A stretch of 14,718 nt of DNA. It comes from a virus (Duplodnaviria; Heunggongvirae; Uroviricota; Caudoviricetes). The position numbers and the translations under genes were made by a program. Shown here piece after piece: positions 1-7,672 of this stretch. Below the pieces are notes generated by a model that saw only the letters and a list, made by a program, of their open reading frames with translations, did not search any database and was not told the DNA's origin. The stretch covers positions 1 to 14,718 of IMG/VR virus record IMGVR_UViG_2737471861_000012, one strand, 5' to 3'. Each line of letters begins with the position of its first letter. Within the stretch, counting starts at the first letter, position 1.

Positions 1-159
1 GGTTCGATTTCCAGGTTGAGCGAGACCTTACCTTTGGTTTTCGTGTTCATCACACCGGAAGCGACTTCACTGAGAACAGCGCCGATTTTGGTTTCAAATA
101 CGCCGCCGTCCAGCTCCCCGATAAATGCCTGCACATCAGTACTGCGTTCGCTAGCCATT
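1..159 (-). CDS. Hypothetical phage protein, N-terminal 52 codons only (gene runs off the window start); leftward-transcribed gene downstream of cI
   Basis: Reverse complement of 1-159 translates from ATG (157-159) as MASERSTDVQAFIGELDGGVFETKIGAVLSEVASGVMNTKTKGKVSLNLEIE with no stop to the window edge; a GAGGAG Shine-Dalgarno lies about 8 nt upstream on the minus strand (rc of 168-173). Not in the ORF track because it is truncated. Confidence 0.5.
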
Positions 160-287
160 TTGCTGCTCCTCATCATATCGACCCTGCAAGGTCGGTTGGT
201 TTCTCCACAAAACAGAGAAGAACACCTGCGGTGACTGCCGCCCGGATGGATTGGGTTATGAGCCCGTCGTCCGGTGATACTCTTCTC

Positions 288-341
288 TGTTTTGTAAAAA
301 GAGCGGTACCAGCTGGAAGCAAGTGTACAAACTGGTACCGC
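288..341 (-). terminator. Candidate intrinsic terminator for leftward transcripts: 10-bp perfect stem plus T-rich tract
   Basis: gcggtaccag (303-312) pairs perfectly with ctggtaccgc (332-341) around a 19-nt loop; on the minus strand the hairpin is followed by TCTTTTTAC (rc of 294-302). Confidence 0.4.
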
Positions 342-814
342 CAAAGCAGTGGCTGTTGTGGTGGGGTTGTCACTCAGGCGTATGGTCAACCTGACAATCC
401 GGTGTCCTCAACGAGGAAAGAGTAACCCCGCCATACTTACCGCCGCGCCATTTCGCGGATTACCACAACGCTGAGAGCACTTAGCCAGTTACGGCACCAC
501 ACACTTTGTCGCGGTTCCATAAATGCCCTCATCGTTGCACCCTGGTCTCTTCCCAGGCGTCAAACCGAATCGCCACGCTGGTTAGGCGTCTTATCAGCAT
601 CCTCATTGACTTGCACATTCCGGCTACCTGGTTTGTTTGCCCGAGCAAGGAGTGGATTGTCCCCTTTAACGTCCCCAGACCGCTAACGACGCATGTGCCA
701 TACGCCGTGTTACAACCAAATTTTGTTAGTACCTTGTTTGTTGGTCTGGAAAGAAAGATAAAATGAAGTTGCGCATTATGCAAGTGTTTTTATTGCGAGA
801 TATGCAATTTGATG

Positions 815-841
815 GGTAATGAAAAGCCACCTTCGGGTGGC
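815..841 (-). terminator. Candidate intrinsic terminator just downstream of the cI-like gene
   Basis: gccacc-ttcg-ggtggc hairpin (826-841); on the minus strand it is followed by TTTTCATTA. It lies about 20 nt past the cI stop. Confidence 0.55.
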
Positions 842-862
842 TAATTGATGAGGAGGTAAGGG

Positions 863-1555
863 TTAATTGTGTCGCTTAAGGGTTTGTGACTGGCTGATTA
901 AGACCTTTCCAAAGACCATAAACCGGTGTTCATTTTCGCTGGTAATTCCCCATTCACGGTAAATCTGGTTATCAGAAATCACCAGTAGTTTGTCAGGTAT
1001 CATTTGCAGTCGTTTGACATAAATTTTATCATCAAAACCAAATACATAGATACCATCTCCATCAAACTGATTGATACTGACATCAACGAAGATGAGATCT
1101 CCTGGCTCAATGGTTGGACACATACTGTCCCCACGAACGTTGATAACTTTAATGTGATTGGCTGGTCGTCCGCCAAACATCGATACAGCATTATCAGTTC
1201 TGTATTCAATGGCATGAATCACATCAATGACATCACCGCCCTGGATAAGGCCATTTCCCGCACTGGCACTGACATCCAGCATTTCAATACGGAATACATC
1301 CTTCACCTGCGCAATATCCTCACTAATACTGTTTTTACATACAGTATTACTTTTGAGGTCTGAGGTAAAGAGATCAGCAATATCAACACCTAAGCTCCTA
1401 GCAATATTACTCAGGGCTTGTTCAGTGAATTGTTTCTGCTTACCTGTTTCCAGGCGTGAGATATTCGCCGCATCCACTCCTATTGCTTCAGCGAGATCGG
1501 CGATTTTCATGTTCTTCGCTTGGCGAAGTTGTCTGACTCGATTTCCTATATTCAT
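863..1555 (-). CDS. cI: CI-like prophage repressor: N-terminal XRE-type HTH plus C-terminal S24 (LexA-like) autopeptidase domain
   Basis: 230-aa ORF. N-terminus IGNRVRQLRQAKNMKIADLAEAIGVDAANISRLETGK is an HTH_XRE pattern. C-terminal part has an Ala-Gly candidate cleavage site (SASAGNG), the GDSM serine motif and a VKRL lysine motif typical of LexA/cI S24 peptidases. Divergent to a cro-like gene. Confidence 0.9.
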   Translation of the reverse strand: MNIGNRVRQLRQAKNMKIADLAEAIGVDAANISRLETGKQKQFTEQALSNIARSLGVDIADLFTSDLKSNTVCKNSISEDIAQVKDVFRIEMLDVSASAGNGLIQGGDVIDVIHAIEYRTDNAVSMFGGRPANHIKVINVRGDSMCPTIEPGDLIFVDVSINQFDGDGIYVFGFDDKIYVKRLQMIPDKLLVISDNQIYREWGITSENEHRFMVFGKVLISQSQTLKRHN

Positions 1556-1652
1556 GCGTTTATTACATTTCTTTATTGCGCGTTAAGCAAATCAACTTGC
1601 GCAAAGTGTTTGCGTAAAATAATATGCTCATCACGCAATATGTGGAGGTTAT
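1556..1652. promoter_or_regulatory. Divergent cI/cro intergenic switch region (candidate PRM/PR promoters and operators)
   Basis: 97-bp gap between divergent repressor and cro-like genes; repeated TTGCGC / GCGCAA / TGCGTAA / CACGCAA half-site-like motifs, including the palindrome TTGCGCAA; GGAGG Shine-Dalgarno before the cro ATG. Confidence 0.55.
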
Positions 1653-1913
1653 ATGCAATCACCATTACGGAATGTGCGTAAGGCGCACGGATTTACTTTG
1701 CAGCATGTTGCTGCGGGCGTTCAGGTCAATCCAGCGACGCTGAGTCGTATTGAAAGACTGGAACAAATTCCATCTATCGATCTTGCAGAACGTCTGGCCA
1801 ATTTTTTTAAGGGTGAAATCAGCGAAATGCAGATTCTTTATCCGGCACGTTTTCAATCTAGCCAAAACCAGAATGGGTTTAAACCACAGGAACAGGAGGT
1901 AAGCCGTGGGTAA
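1653..1913 (+). CDS. cro: Cro-like HTH regulator
   Basis: 86-aa ORF divergent from cI; HTH-like segment HGFTLQHVAAGVQVNPATLSRIER; GGAGG RBS 6-8 nt upstream of the ATG. Confidence 0.8.
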   Translation: MQSPLRNVRKAHGFTLQHVAAGVQVNPATLSRIERLEQIPSIDLAERLANFFKGEISEMQILYPARFQSSQNQNGFKPQEQEVSRG

Positions 1914-2457
1914 GCATCACTGGAAAGTGGAAAAACAACCTGACTGGTACGTGAAAGCTGTCAGAAAAACTATCGCGGCATTGCCAGGTGGTTACGCTGA
2001 AGCTGCTGAGTGGCTGGATGTAACAGAGAACGCTTTATTCAACCGCCTTCGTGCCGATGGTGATCAGTTTTTTCCGTTGGGATGGGCAATGGTTTTACAG
2101 CGTGCGGCTAGTACTCATCACATTGCGGATGCTGTCGCACAGTCTGCTGGTGGGGTGTTTGTATCACTTCCTGAAATTGAGGAAGTAGAGAACGCTGATA
2201 TCAACCAACGTCTACTGGAAGTCATTGAACAGATCGGGAGTTACTCAAAGCAGATTCGTTCGGCAATCGAAGATGGGGTAGTGGAGCCACATGAACAGAC
2301 AGCAATTAATGATGAGTTGTATCTGTCAATTTCGAAGCTCCAGGAGCATGCAGCACTGTTCTACAAAATCTTCTGCGCTTCAGAAAAGAGTGACGCCCGC
2401 GAGTGTGCAGCTCCGGGCGTCGTGGCGTTTTGTGTCCGTGGAGAAACTAACGCATGA
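1906..2457 (+). CDS. CII-like early regulatory protein (function putative)
   Basis: 183-aa ORF with GTG start at 1906, preceded by AGGAGG and overlapping the cro stop; it sits where cII-type regulators lie in lambdoid phages. Family assignment is from position and general resemblance only. Confidence 0.6.
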   Translation: MGKHHWKVEKQPDWYVKAVRKTIAALPGGYAEAAEWLDVTENALFNRLRADGDQFFPLGWAMVLQRAASTHHIADAVAQSAGGVFVSLPEIEEVENADINQRLLEVIEQIGSYSKQIRSAIEDGVVEPHEQTAINDELYLSISKLQEHAALFYKIFCASEKSDARECAAPGVVAFCVRGETNA

Positions 2458-2782
2458 ACAGTTTAACGGCAAATAACCGTTTGTCGCAACAGTTGGTGGT
2501 CAGTGTCGCTGCACACCTGTTGTTACGGCATGAATGCAGATTACCAAATCACCTGGCTGTAAGTAACCACAGAGAACTTTACCTGACTGTGGGGGGCGAG
2601 TTGTGCAGGAACTTAACCGCTGGTTTCGTGACGGAAGAGGACTTTATGTTCATGTTATTCGTTGGGAGCCAGAAACACAGCGCGTTATCTATCTTCGCAA
2701 AGACTACCCGCATGAGTGCTTTAGTCCTTTGTGGAAATTCAGGCGTGATTTTGTTGAGTGTGAAGGACCACCAGCACATTGA
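2454..2782 (+). pseudogene. Possible frameshifted small gene: ATG 2454 (frame 0, ATGA overlap with upstream stop) joined at a G6 tract (2591-2596) to a frame +2 ORF ending 2782
   Basis: The frame-0 ORF starts with the same ATGA coupling seen across this operon. A protein-like frame +2 ORF (VQELNRWFRDGRGLYVHVIRWEPETQRVIYLRKDYPHECFSPLWKFRRDFVECEGPPAH) begins right after a GGGGGG homopolymer. Combined length would be about 109 aa. Confidence 0.25.
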
Positions 2783-3056
2783 TTCTGCCATTCCGGGACG
2801 TTACACTGTTCAGGCACCTTATAAAGCGGGTGCCGGGATTGGCGTCCTGGAATTGCATACGGCGACAATGGGCGCGTTAGCGTCTTTTTTGTTGCTACAG
2901 CTCAGCTATACCCAAATTATGGTGGGCTGGGTGGGGGCACCGAAAGGTGCGCCGGTTTCCGTATGCGCCGGTTACGCCAACCCTGCTCAGTTCACCACCA
3001 GCGAAATTGGCGTTTCCGGTGGTGGAAGTTATCCATTGCATACGGAGGCTGCCATC

Positions 3057-3602
3057 ATGGCTACGATCCCAACCCTCACTCAACCTGAAATTGCCATCGT
3101 TGATGGTCAGGCTGTTACTTCATCCCTGGCTGTAGCCAACTTCTTTTCCAAACGTCATGACGATGTACTGAAAAAGATCCGCACGCTTGAATGCTCCGCA
3201 TCATTCACTGCCCGCAATTTTTCGGTGAGTGATTACACCGATTGCACAGGCCGCAAACTACCTTGCTATCAAATAACCCGCGACGGCTTTGCGTTTCTTG
3301 CTATGGGTTTCACGGGGAAACGTGCTGCCCAGTTCAAAGAGGCATACATCAATGCCTTTAACCAGATGGAGAAACAGCTTTTAAAGCCCTCTGTACCGAG
3401 CGACGTTGCACATAACGCCAGCGTTCTCTGTTCCTACATTTCATCAATTCATCAGGTCTGGCTGCAGCAGCTTTATCCTATGTTGGCAAAAGCCGAATCT
3501 CCGCTGGCTGTTAGCTTGTATGACTATATTAATGATGCTTCGGCACTGGCCTGCCTCATAAATTTGTCGCTGAACCCTTCAGAGGTAAGGGGGCGCAAAT
3601 GA
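3057..3602 (+). CDS. rha: Rha-family phage regulatory protein
   Basis: N-terminus MATIPTLTQPEIAIVDGQAVTSSLAVANFFSKRHDDVLKKIRTLE matches the Rha domain pattern; GGAGG RBS at about 3043-3047. The 382-aa ORF in the track (2454-3602) is judged an artefactual upstream extension in the same frame. Confidence 0.8.
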   Translation: MATIPTLTQPEIAIVDGQAVTSSLAVANFFSKRHDDVLKKIRTLECSASFTARNFSVSDYTDCTGRKLPCYQITRDGFAFLAMGFTGKRAAQFKEAYINAFNQMEKQLLKPSVPSDVAHNASVLCSYISSIHQVWLQQLYPMLAKAESPLAVSLYDYINDASALACLINLSLNPSEVRGRK

Positions 3603-3823
3603 TCCGGAATATTTTCAAACGGTTTACCAATCATACTTTCCGTTGTCCTCGTCCGGGTCAGTGGTACACCACGCCTGCAGGGCATGTTCTACGTGTTAGC
3701 CTGGTTGACCGTGAATGTCAGAAGGTGATTTGTGAACCGCTGGGCCGTAATTACCGCGTCAGTATGCCGCTTATAGCCTTTTGCTCCGGAAAAAACATGA
3801 AGCATCTCGGAGGTGCAGCATGA
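3599..3823 (+). CDS. Small hypothetical protein (74 aa, four Cys), translationally coupled
   Basis: ATG overlaps the Rha stop (ATGA) and its stop overlaps the next gene's start (ATGA); no family recognised. Confidence 0.45.
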   Translation: MIRNIFKRFTNHTFRCPRPGQWYTTPAGHVLRVSLVDRECQKVICEPLGRNYRVSMPLIAFCSGKNMKHLGGAA

Positions 3824-4638
3824 GTATGGAGCTGATGGTTAAAGCGATGAAAATTCGAGTGGGTAATCCATTGCGAAAACTGGTTCTGATCAAGCTGGCT
3901 GATAATGCCAGCGATCAGGGTGAGTGCTGGCCCAGCTACCAGCATATTGCTGACCAGTGCGAGATTAGCAAACGTTCTGTGATGAATCATATTGCGGCCC
4001 TTTGTGAGTCCGGGCTGGTAAAAAAAGTCACCCGGAAAGGTGAAAAAGGTAACTCAAGTAATATCTATCTCCTTCATCTGGATGGTGCAGGAGATTCACT
4101 AGGGGGTAGTGCAAATAATTCACTATCTGGTGCAGCAAATTCACCAGGTAGTGCAGGAGTTGCACCAGGGGGTGGTGCAGGAGATTCACCCAGAACCAGT
4201 CACTCTTTTGAACCAGTCAAAGAACCAGTCAATGAACCAATAGCTGTTGGTGCATCAGTTGATGAGTCCATGCGAGTTCGTTCAAACCGACCGGAATACT
4301 CTCCGGAGTTTGAGCAGGCATGGCTGGCATATCCCAAACGTGCTGGTGGCAATTCAAAATCTGCAGCCTTCAAAGCCTGGAAAGCCCGTTTGAATGAGGG
4401 GGTAAAACCCGAAACCATGCTGGAAGGTGTGAAACGCTACGCGGGCTGGGTATCTGCGATGGGTAACAGCGGCACACAATTTGTGAAACAGGCTGTCACG
4501 TTCTTTGGTCCGGATCGTCATTTCGAAGAATCCTGGGAAGTTCCTGCGGTATCTGCAGCCAGACGCGAGGACCCGTACTTCAAAGCCAGTTACGACAACG
4601 TGGACTACAGCCAGATCCCGGCAGGATTCAGGGGGTGA
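3820..4638 (+). CDS. O-like replication initiator: N-terminal winged-helix DNA-binding domain, Gly/Ser/Ala-rich linker encoded by iterons, C-terminal domain
   Basis: Start ATG 3820 with GGAGG upstream. N-terminal LRKLVLIKLADNASDQGECWPSYQHIADQCEISKRSVMNHIAALCESGLVKK resembles HTH_36-type phage replication initiator domains. An internal array of 5 iteron-like repeats lies in the linker-coding region, as in lambda O. Confidence 0.65.
   Translation: MSMELMVKAMKIRVGNPLRKLVLIKLADNASDQGECWPSYQHIADQCEISKRSVMNHIAALCESGLVKKVTRKGEKGNSSNIYLLHLDGAGDSLGGSANNSLSGAANSPGSAGVAPGGGAGDSPRTSHSFEPVKEPVNEPIAVGASVDESMRVRSNRPEYSPEFEQAWLAYPKRAGGNSKSAAFKAWKARLNEGVKPETMLEGVKRYAGWVSAMGNSGTQFVKQAVTFFGPDRHFEESWEVPAVSAARREDPYFKASYDNVDYSQIPAGFRG
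4085..4189. repeat. Iteron array (candidate origin of replication) inside the O-like gene
   Basis: Five copies of GTGCA-N5/6-T(T/G)CAC (gtgcaggagattcac 4085-4099, gtgcaaataattcac 4109-4123, gtgcagcaaattcac 4130-4144, gtgcaggagttgcac 4151-4165, gtgcaggagattcac 4175-4189) at 21-24 bp spacing, followed by three GAACCAGTCA repeats (about 4191-4235). Confidence 0.55.
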
Positions 4639-4640
4639 TT

Positions 4641-5129
4641 ATGAGTCTTTTGAATGAAGTTCAGAAATTCATTGAAGCCCATCCGGGGTGTACTTCCGGA
4701 GACATTGCGGATGCTTTTGCTGGTTACTCACGGCAGCGCGTTCTGCAGTCAGCAAGCAAGTTACGTCAGAGTGGGCGTGTGGCTCACCGTTGTGAAGGAG
4801 ATACACGCAGACATTTCCCGCGCCTGACTGAGAGAGCGCAGGAGCCGGAACCACAATCTGTTCGTGAAACCAGACCTGTGCGCAATTTCTATGTCGGCAC
4901 TAACGATCCCCGTGTGATTTTGTGCCTGACCCGCCAGGCTGAAGAACTGGAGTCCAGGGGCTTATACCGTCGTGCTGCAACGGTGTGGATGGCGGCATTC
5001 CGTGAAAGCCACTCCCAGCCAGAACGAAACAATTTTCTGGCGCGTCGTGAGCAGTGTTTACGGAAAAGCAGCAAGTGCGCTGTATCGGGTGATGAGTGGT
5101 ATCTGTCAGGGAATTACGTGGGGGCTTAA
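4641..5129 (+). CDS. PerC-family transcriptional regulator-like protein with N-terminal winged-helix-like extension
   Basis: Segment AEELESRGLYRRAATVWMAAFRESHSQPERNNFLARREQCLRK fits the PerC/Pch signature (LE..GLWRRAA..W ... RR..CL). Start ATG 4641, 3 nt after the previous stop. Confidence 0.55.
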   Translation: MSLLNEVQKFIEAHPGCTSGDIADAFAGYSRQRVLQSASKLRQSGRVAHRCEGDTRRHFPRLTERAQEPEPQSVRETRPVRNFYVGTNDPRVILCLTRQAEELESRGLYRRAATVWMAAFRESHSQPERNNFLARREQCLRKSSKCAVSGDEWYLSGNYVGA

Positions 5130-5455
5130 TGACGACGTTAACTCAATGCCAGCAGCAGGTGCTGGATATGCTGATTTCTTATCAGAAAGAACGTGGTTTC
5201 CCGCCAACCAATCAGGAGGTGGCAGCCATGCTGGGATACCGTTCGGTGAATGCAGCGGTGGAGCATCTTCGCGCACTGGAGAAAAAAGGCGTCATCACGA
5301 TAAAGCGTGGCGTGGCCCGGGGTATCACGTTTCATACCACAGTGAAGGACGACGACAGCGAGGCAGCCGGGATTATCCGCGCACTGCTTGCCGGTGAGGA
5401 AAACGCCAGACTGCGTGCAGCCCACTGGTTACATGAGAGGGGCCTGAAAGTATGA
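5129..5455 (+). CDS. LexA DNA-binding-domain-like protein (winged helix only, no peptidase domain)
   Basis: LTQCQQQVLDMLISYQKERGFPPTNQEVAAMLGYRSVNAAVEHLRALEKKGVITIKRGVARGI closely follows the LexA N-terminal domain pattern (PPT..E....G..S.NAA.EHL.AL..KG.I). ATG overlaps the previous stop (TAATG). No GDSM/KR peptidase motifs. Confidence 0.65.
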   Translation: MTTLTQCQQQVLDMLISYQKERGFPPTNQEVAAMLGYRSVNAAVEHLRALEKKGVITIKRGVARGITFHTTVKDDDSEAAGIIRALLAGEENARLRAAHWLHERGLKV

Positions 5456-5841
5456 AGCTGATCCTGCCTTTCCCGCCCAGCGTGAACACGTACTGGCGAC
5501 ACCCCAACAAAGGGGCGTTTGCTGGTAAGAGTCTGATAAGCGCAGCGGGGCGCAAATTCCAGAGCGCGGCATGCGCAGCAATAGTTGAGCAGTTACGTCG
5601 TCTGCCGAAACCAACGTCGGCACCTGCTTCAGTGGAGATCGTGTTGTTTCCTCCGGATAACAGGATCCGCGATCTGGACAACTATAACAAGGCGCTGTTT
5701 GACGCCCTGACCCACGCGGGGGTGTGGGAAGACGACAGTCAGGTGAAAAGAATGCTGGTGGAGTGGGGACCGGTTATCCCGAAAGGGAAGGTCGAGATCA
5801 CTATCAGTAAGTATGAGAAACCGGCGGGTGCAGCCGCCTGA
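5452..5841 (+). CDS. rusA: RusA-family Holliday junction resolvase
   Basis: Motifs LPFPPSVNTYWRH and RIRDLDNYNKALFDALTHAGVWEDDSQV match RusA; ATGA overlap with the upstream gene. Confidence 0.9.
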   Translation: MKLILPFPPSVNTYWRHPNKGAFAGKSLISAAGRKFQSAACAAIVEQLRRLPKPTSAPASVEIVLFPPDNRIRDLDNYNKALFDALTHAGVWEDDSQVKRMLVEWGPVIPKGKVEITISKYEKPAGAAA

Positions 5842-5860
5842 TTAAGAGGAGAAACGAAGT

Positions 5861-6658
5861 ATGAATAATCTGATGGTTATTGATGGTATTGAAGTTCGTC
5901 GTGATGCTTATGGGCGTTACAGCCTGAACGATCTGCACAGGGCTGCTGGTTCTCTGGATAAGCATAAGCCTGCATTCTGGCTCCGCAATGAGCAAACTGA
6001 GCGTTTAATAAGCGAGTTGCAGATTTGCAACTCGGTCAATATAGAGCCAGTTAACGTTATTCGTGGCGGAAATAACCAGGGGACGTATGTCTGCAAAGAA
6101 CTGGTGTATGCCTATGCAATGTGGATCAGCCCGTCATTCCATCTGAAGGTGATCCGTACTTTCGACATGGTAACCAGCGCACCGGAAAAATTATCCGGAC
6201 AGGCTGCTGACAAGATGCAGGCTGGTGTGATCCTGCTGGACTTTATGCGCCGGGAATTAAACCTGTCTAACTCATCAGTGCTTGGAGCCTGTCAGAAGCT
6301 TCAGGAGGCTGTTGGCTTACCGAATCTGGCACCGCGCTATGCCATTGATGCTCCTGCTGACGCGCCTGATGGCTCAAGCCGCCCCACGCTGTCACTGAGT
6401 GCACTGCTGAAGCAGTATGGTATCCGCCTGACAGCTAATCAGGCATATCACCAGATGGTGAAGCTGGGGATCGTCGAGCAGCGCGAACGATACAGCCGTA
6501 CCGCGATTAACAACATCAAAAAATTCTGGTCGCTGACGGCGAAAGGCTGCATGTTCGGCAAGAACATCACCAGTCCCGCAAATCCGCGCGAGACGCAGCC
6601 GCATTTCTTCGAATCCCGATTCCCTGAGCTGTTAAAGCTGCTCGATACCGTTCATTGA
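5861..6658 (+). CDS. KilA-N domain protein (putative antirepressor/regulator)
   Basis: N-terminal 110 aa (VIDGIEVRRDAYGRYSLNDLHRAAG...GTYVCKELVYAYAMWISPSFHLKVI) fits the KilA-N domain; GAGGAG-type RBS upstream. Confidence 0.75.
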   Translation: MNNLMVIDGIEVRRDAYGRYSLNDLHRAAGSLDKHKPAFWLRNEQTERLISELQICNSVNIEPVNVIRGGNNQGTYVCKELVYAYAMWISPSFHLKVIRTFDMVTSAPEKLSGQAADKMQAGVILLDFMRRELNLSNSSVLGACQKLQEAVGLPNLAPRYAIDAPADAPDGSSRPTLSLSALLKQYGIRLTANQAYHQMVKLGIVEQRERYSRTAINNIKKFWSLTAKGCMFGKNITSPANPRETQPHFFESRFPELLKLLDTVH

Positions 6659-6659
6659 G

Positions 6660-7655
6660 GTGATCGTGAGAGCACTACTGACCCCTGAAATTGCCCCGCG
6701 TATGGGGATCGTATTGTTCAGGCCAGGTTCAGAGCTGATGCCCCTGTTTATGCAGGGGCGTGTCCTGCTGGAGCCTGAGCCGGAACGTTATTCATCTTTC
6801 GCCAGCGGTGCCGTTCCGGCGGCATCACAACCGCTGGCGGATGATCCTGCCGTTCGGGCCGTGTTCCGCAATGAGGCAGTGATCCGTCGTGCTGGTGGCG
6901 TGGAATGTCTTGAAAGCTGGTTACTTCGTGAAAAAGGCTGTCAGTGGCCTCATTCCGACTGGCACAGCGAGAACATGACCACAATGCGACACGCTCCGGG
7001 CGCAATCCGTCTGTGCTGGCACTGCGATAACCAGCTGCGCGATCAGTTCACGGAACGGCTGGAATCAATGGCAACGGATAACTGTGCCCGCTGGGTGTTG
7101 TCTGTTGTGCGTCGGGATCTCGGTTTTGATGATAGTCACGTTGTGACAATGCCGGAACTGTGCTGGTGGCTGATTCGTAATGACCTGGCGGATGCCTTAC
7201 CGGAAAGTGCAGCCCGTAAGGCACTGAGATTACCGAAGCCTGTTGTGCCGTCTGTCTCCCGGGAAAGTGACCTTGTGCCTTCGGTTCCTGCCACCAGCAT
7301 CATCCAGGATAAGGCGAAAAAGGTGCTGGCGCTGAAAGTGGATCCGGAGTCGCCGGAGTCTTTTATGTTACGCCCAAAACGTCGCCGCTGGGTTAACGAA
7401 AAGTACACGCGCTGGGTTAAGACGCAGCCGTGTGCATGTTGTGGAAAGCCTGCTGATGATCCCCACCACCTGATAGGCCACGGTCAGGGTGGAATAGGTA
7501 CAAAAGCGCATGACCTCTTCGTGCTGCCTTTGTGCAGAAAGCATCACGACGAGCTGCATGCGGATACCGTGGCATTTGAAGAGAAGTATGGCTCCCAGTT
7601 GGAGCTGATATTTCGTTTTATCGATCGCGCGCTGGCAACTGGCGTGCTGGCCTGA
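6660..7655 (+). CDS. DUF968-family protein (YdfU-like), Cys/His-rich C-terminal HNH-like motif
   Basis: C-terminal KYTRWVKTQPCACCGKPADDPHHLIGHGQGGIGTKAHDLFVLPLCRKHHDELHADTVAFEEKYG is characteristic of DUF968 proteins in lambdoid nin regions. The start is uncertain (GTG 6660 or 6666, or ATG 6699). Confidence 0.7.
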   Translation: MIVRALLTPEIAPRMGIVLFRPGSELMPLFMQGRVLLEPEPERYSSFASGAVPAASQPLADDPAVRAVFRNEAVIRRAGGVECLESWLLREKGCQWPHSDWHSENMTTMRHAPGAIRLCWHCDNQLRDQFTERLESMATDNCARWVLSVVRRDLGFDDSHVVTMPELCWWLIRNDLADALPESAARKALRLPKPVVPSVSRESDLVPSVPATSIIQDKAKKVLALKVDPESPESFMLRPKRRRWVNEKYTRWVKTQPCACCGKPADDPHHLIGHGQGGIGTKAHDLFVLPLCRKHHDELHADTVAFEEKYGSQLELIFRFIDRALATGVLA

Positions 7656-7672
7656 TTTTGTGGAGAAAGTTG

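Noticed and set aside
16-234. Plus-strand 72-aa ORF at the window start
   Set aside because: Antisense to the better-supported minus-strand gene (strong SD, protein-like sequence); low-complexity translation.
1000-1586. Plus-strand ORFs (1004-1363, 1227-1586) and minus ORF 1000-1215 overlapping the repressor gene
   Set aside because: They overlap the well-supported cI-like CDS in other frames or antisense, with no RBS or domain signal.
2454-3602. 382-aa ORF suggesting one long gene
   Set aside because: The Rha domain begins at the internal ATG 3057, which has its own GGAGG RBS; the upstream 200 codons are low-complexity read-through of an open frame.
4085-4189. Possible CRISPR array
   Set aside because: Repeats are about 15 bp, imperfect, spaced about 21-24 bp and lie inside a coding region; the pattern fits replication iterons, not CRISPR repeats and spacers.
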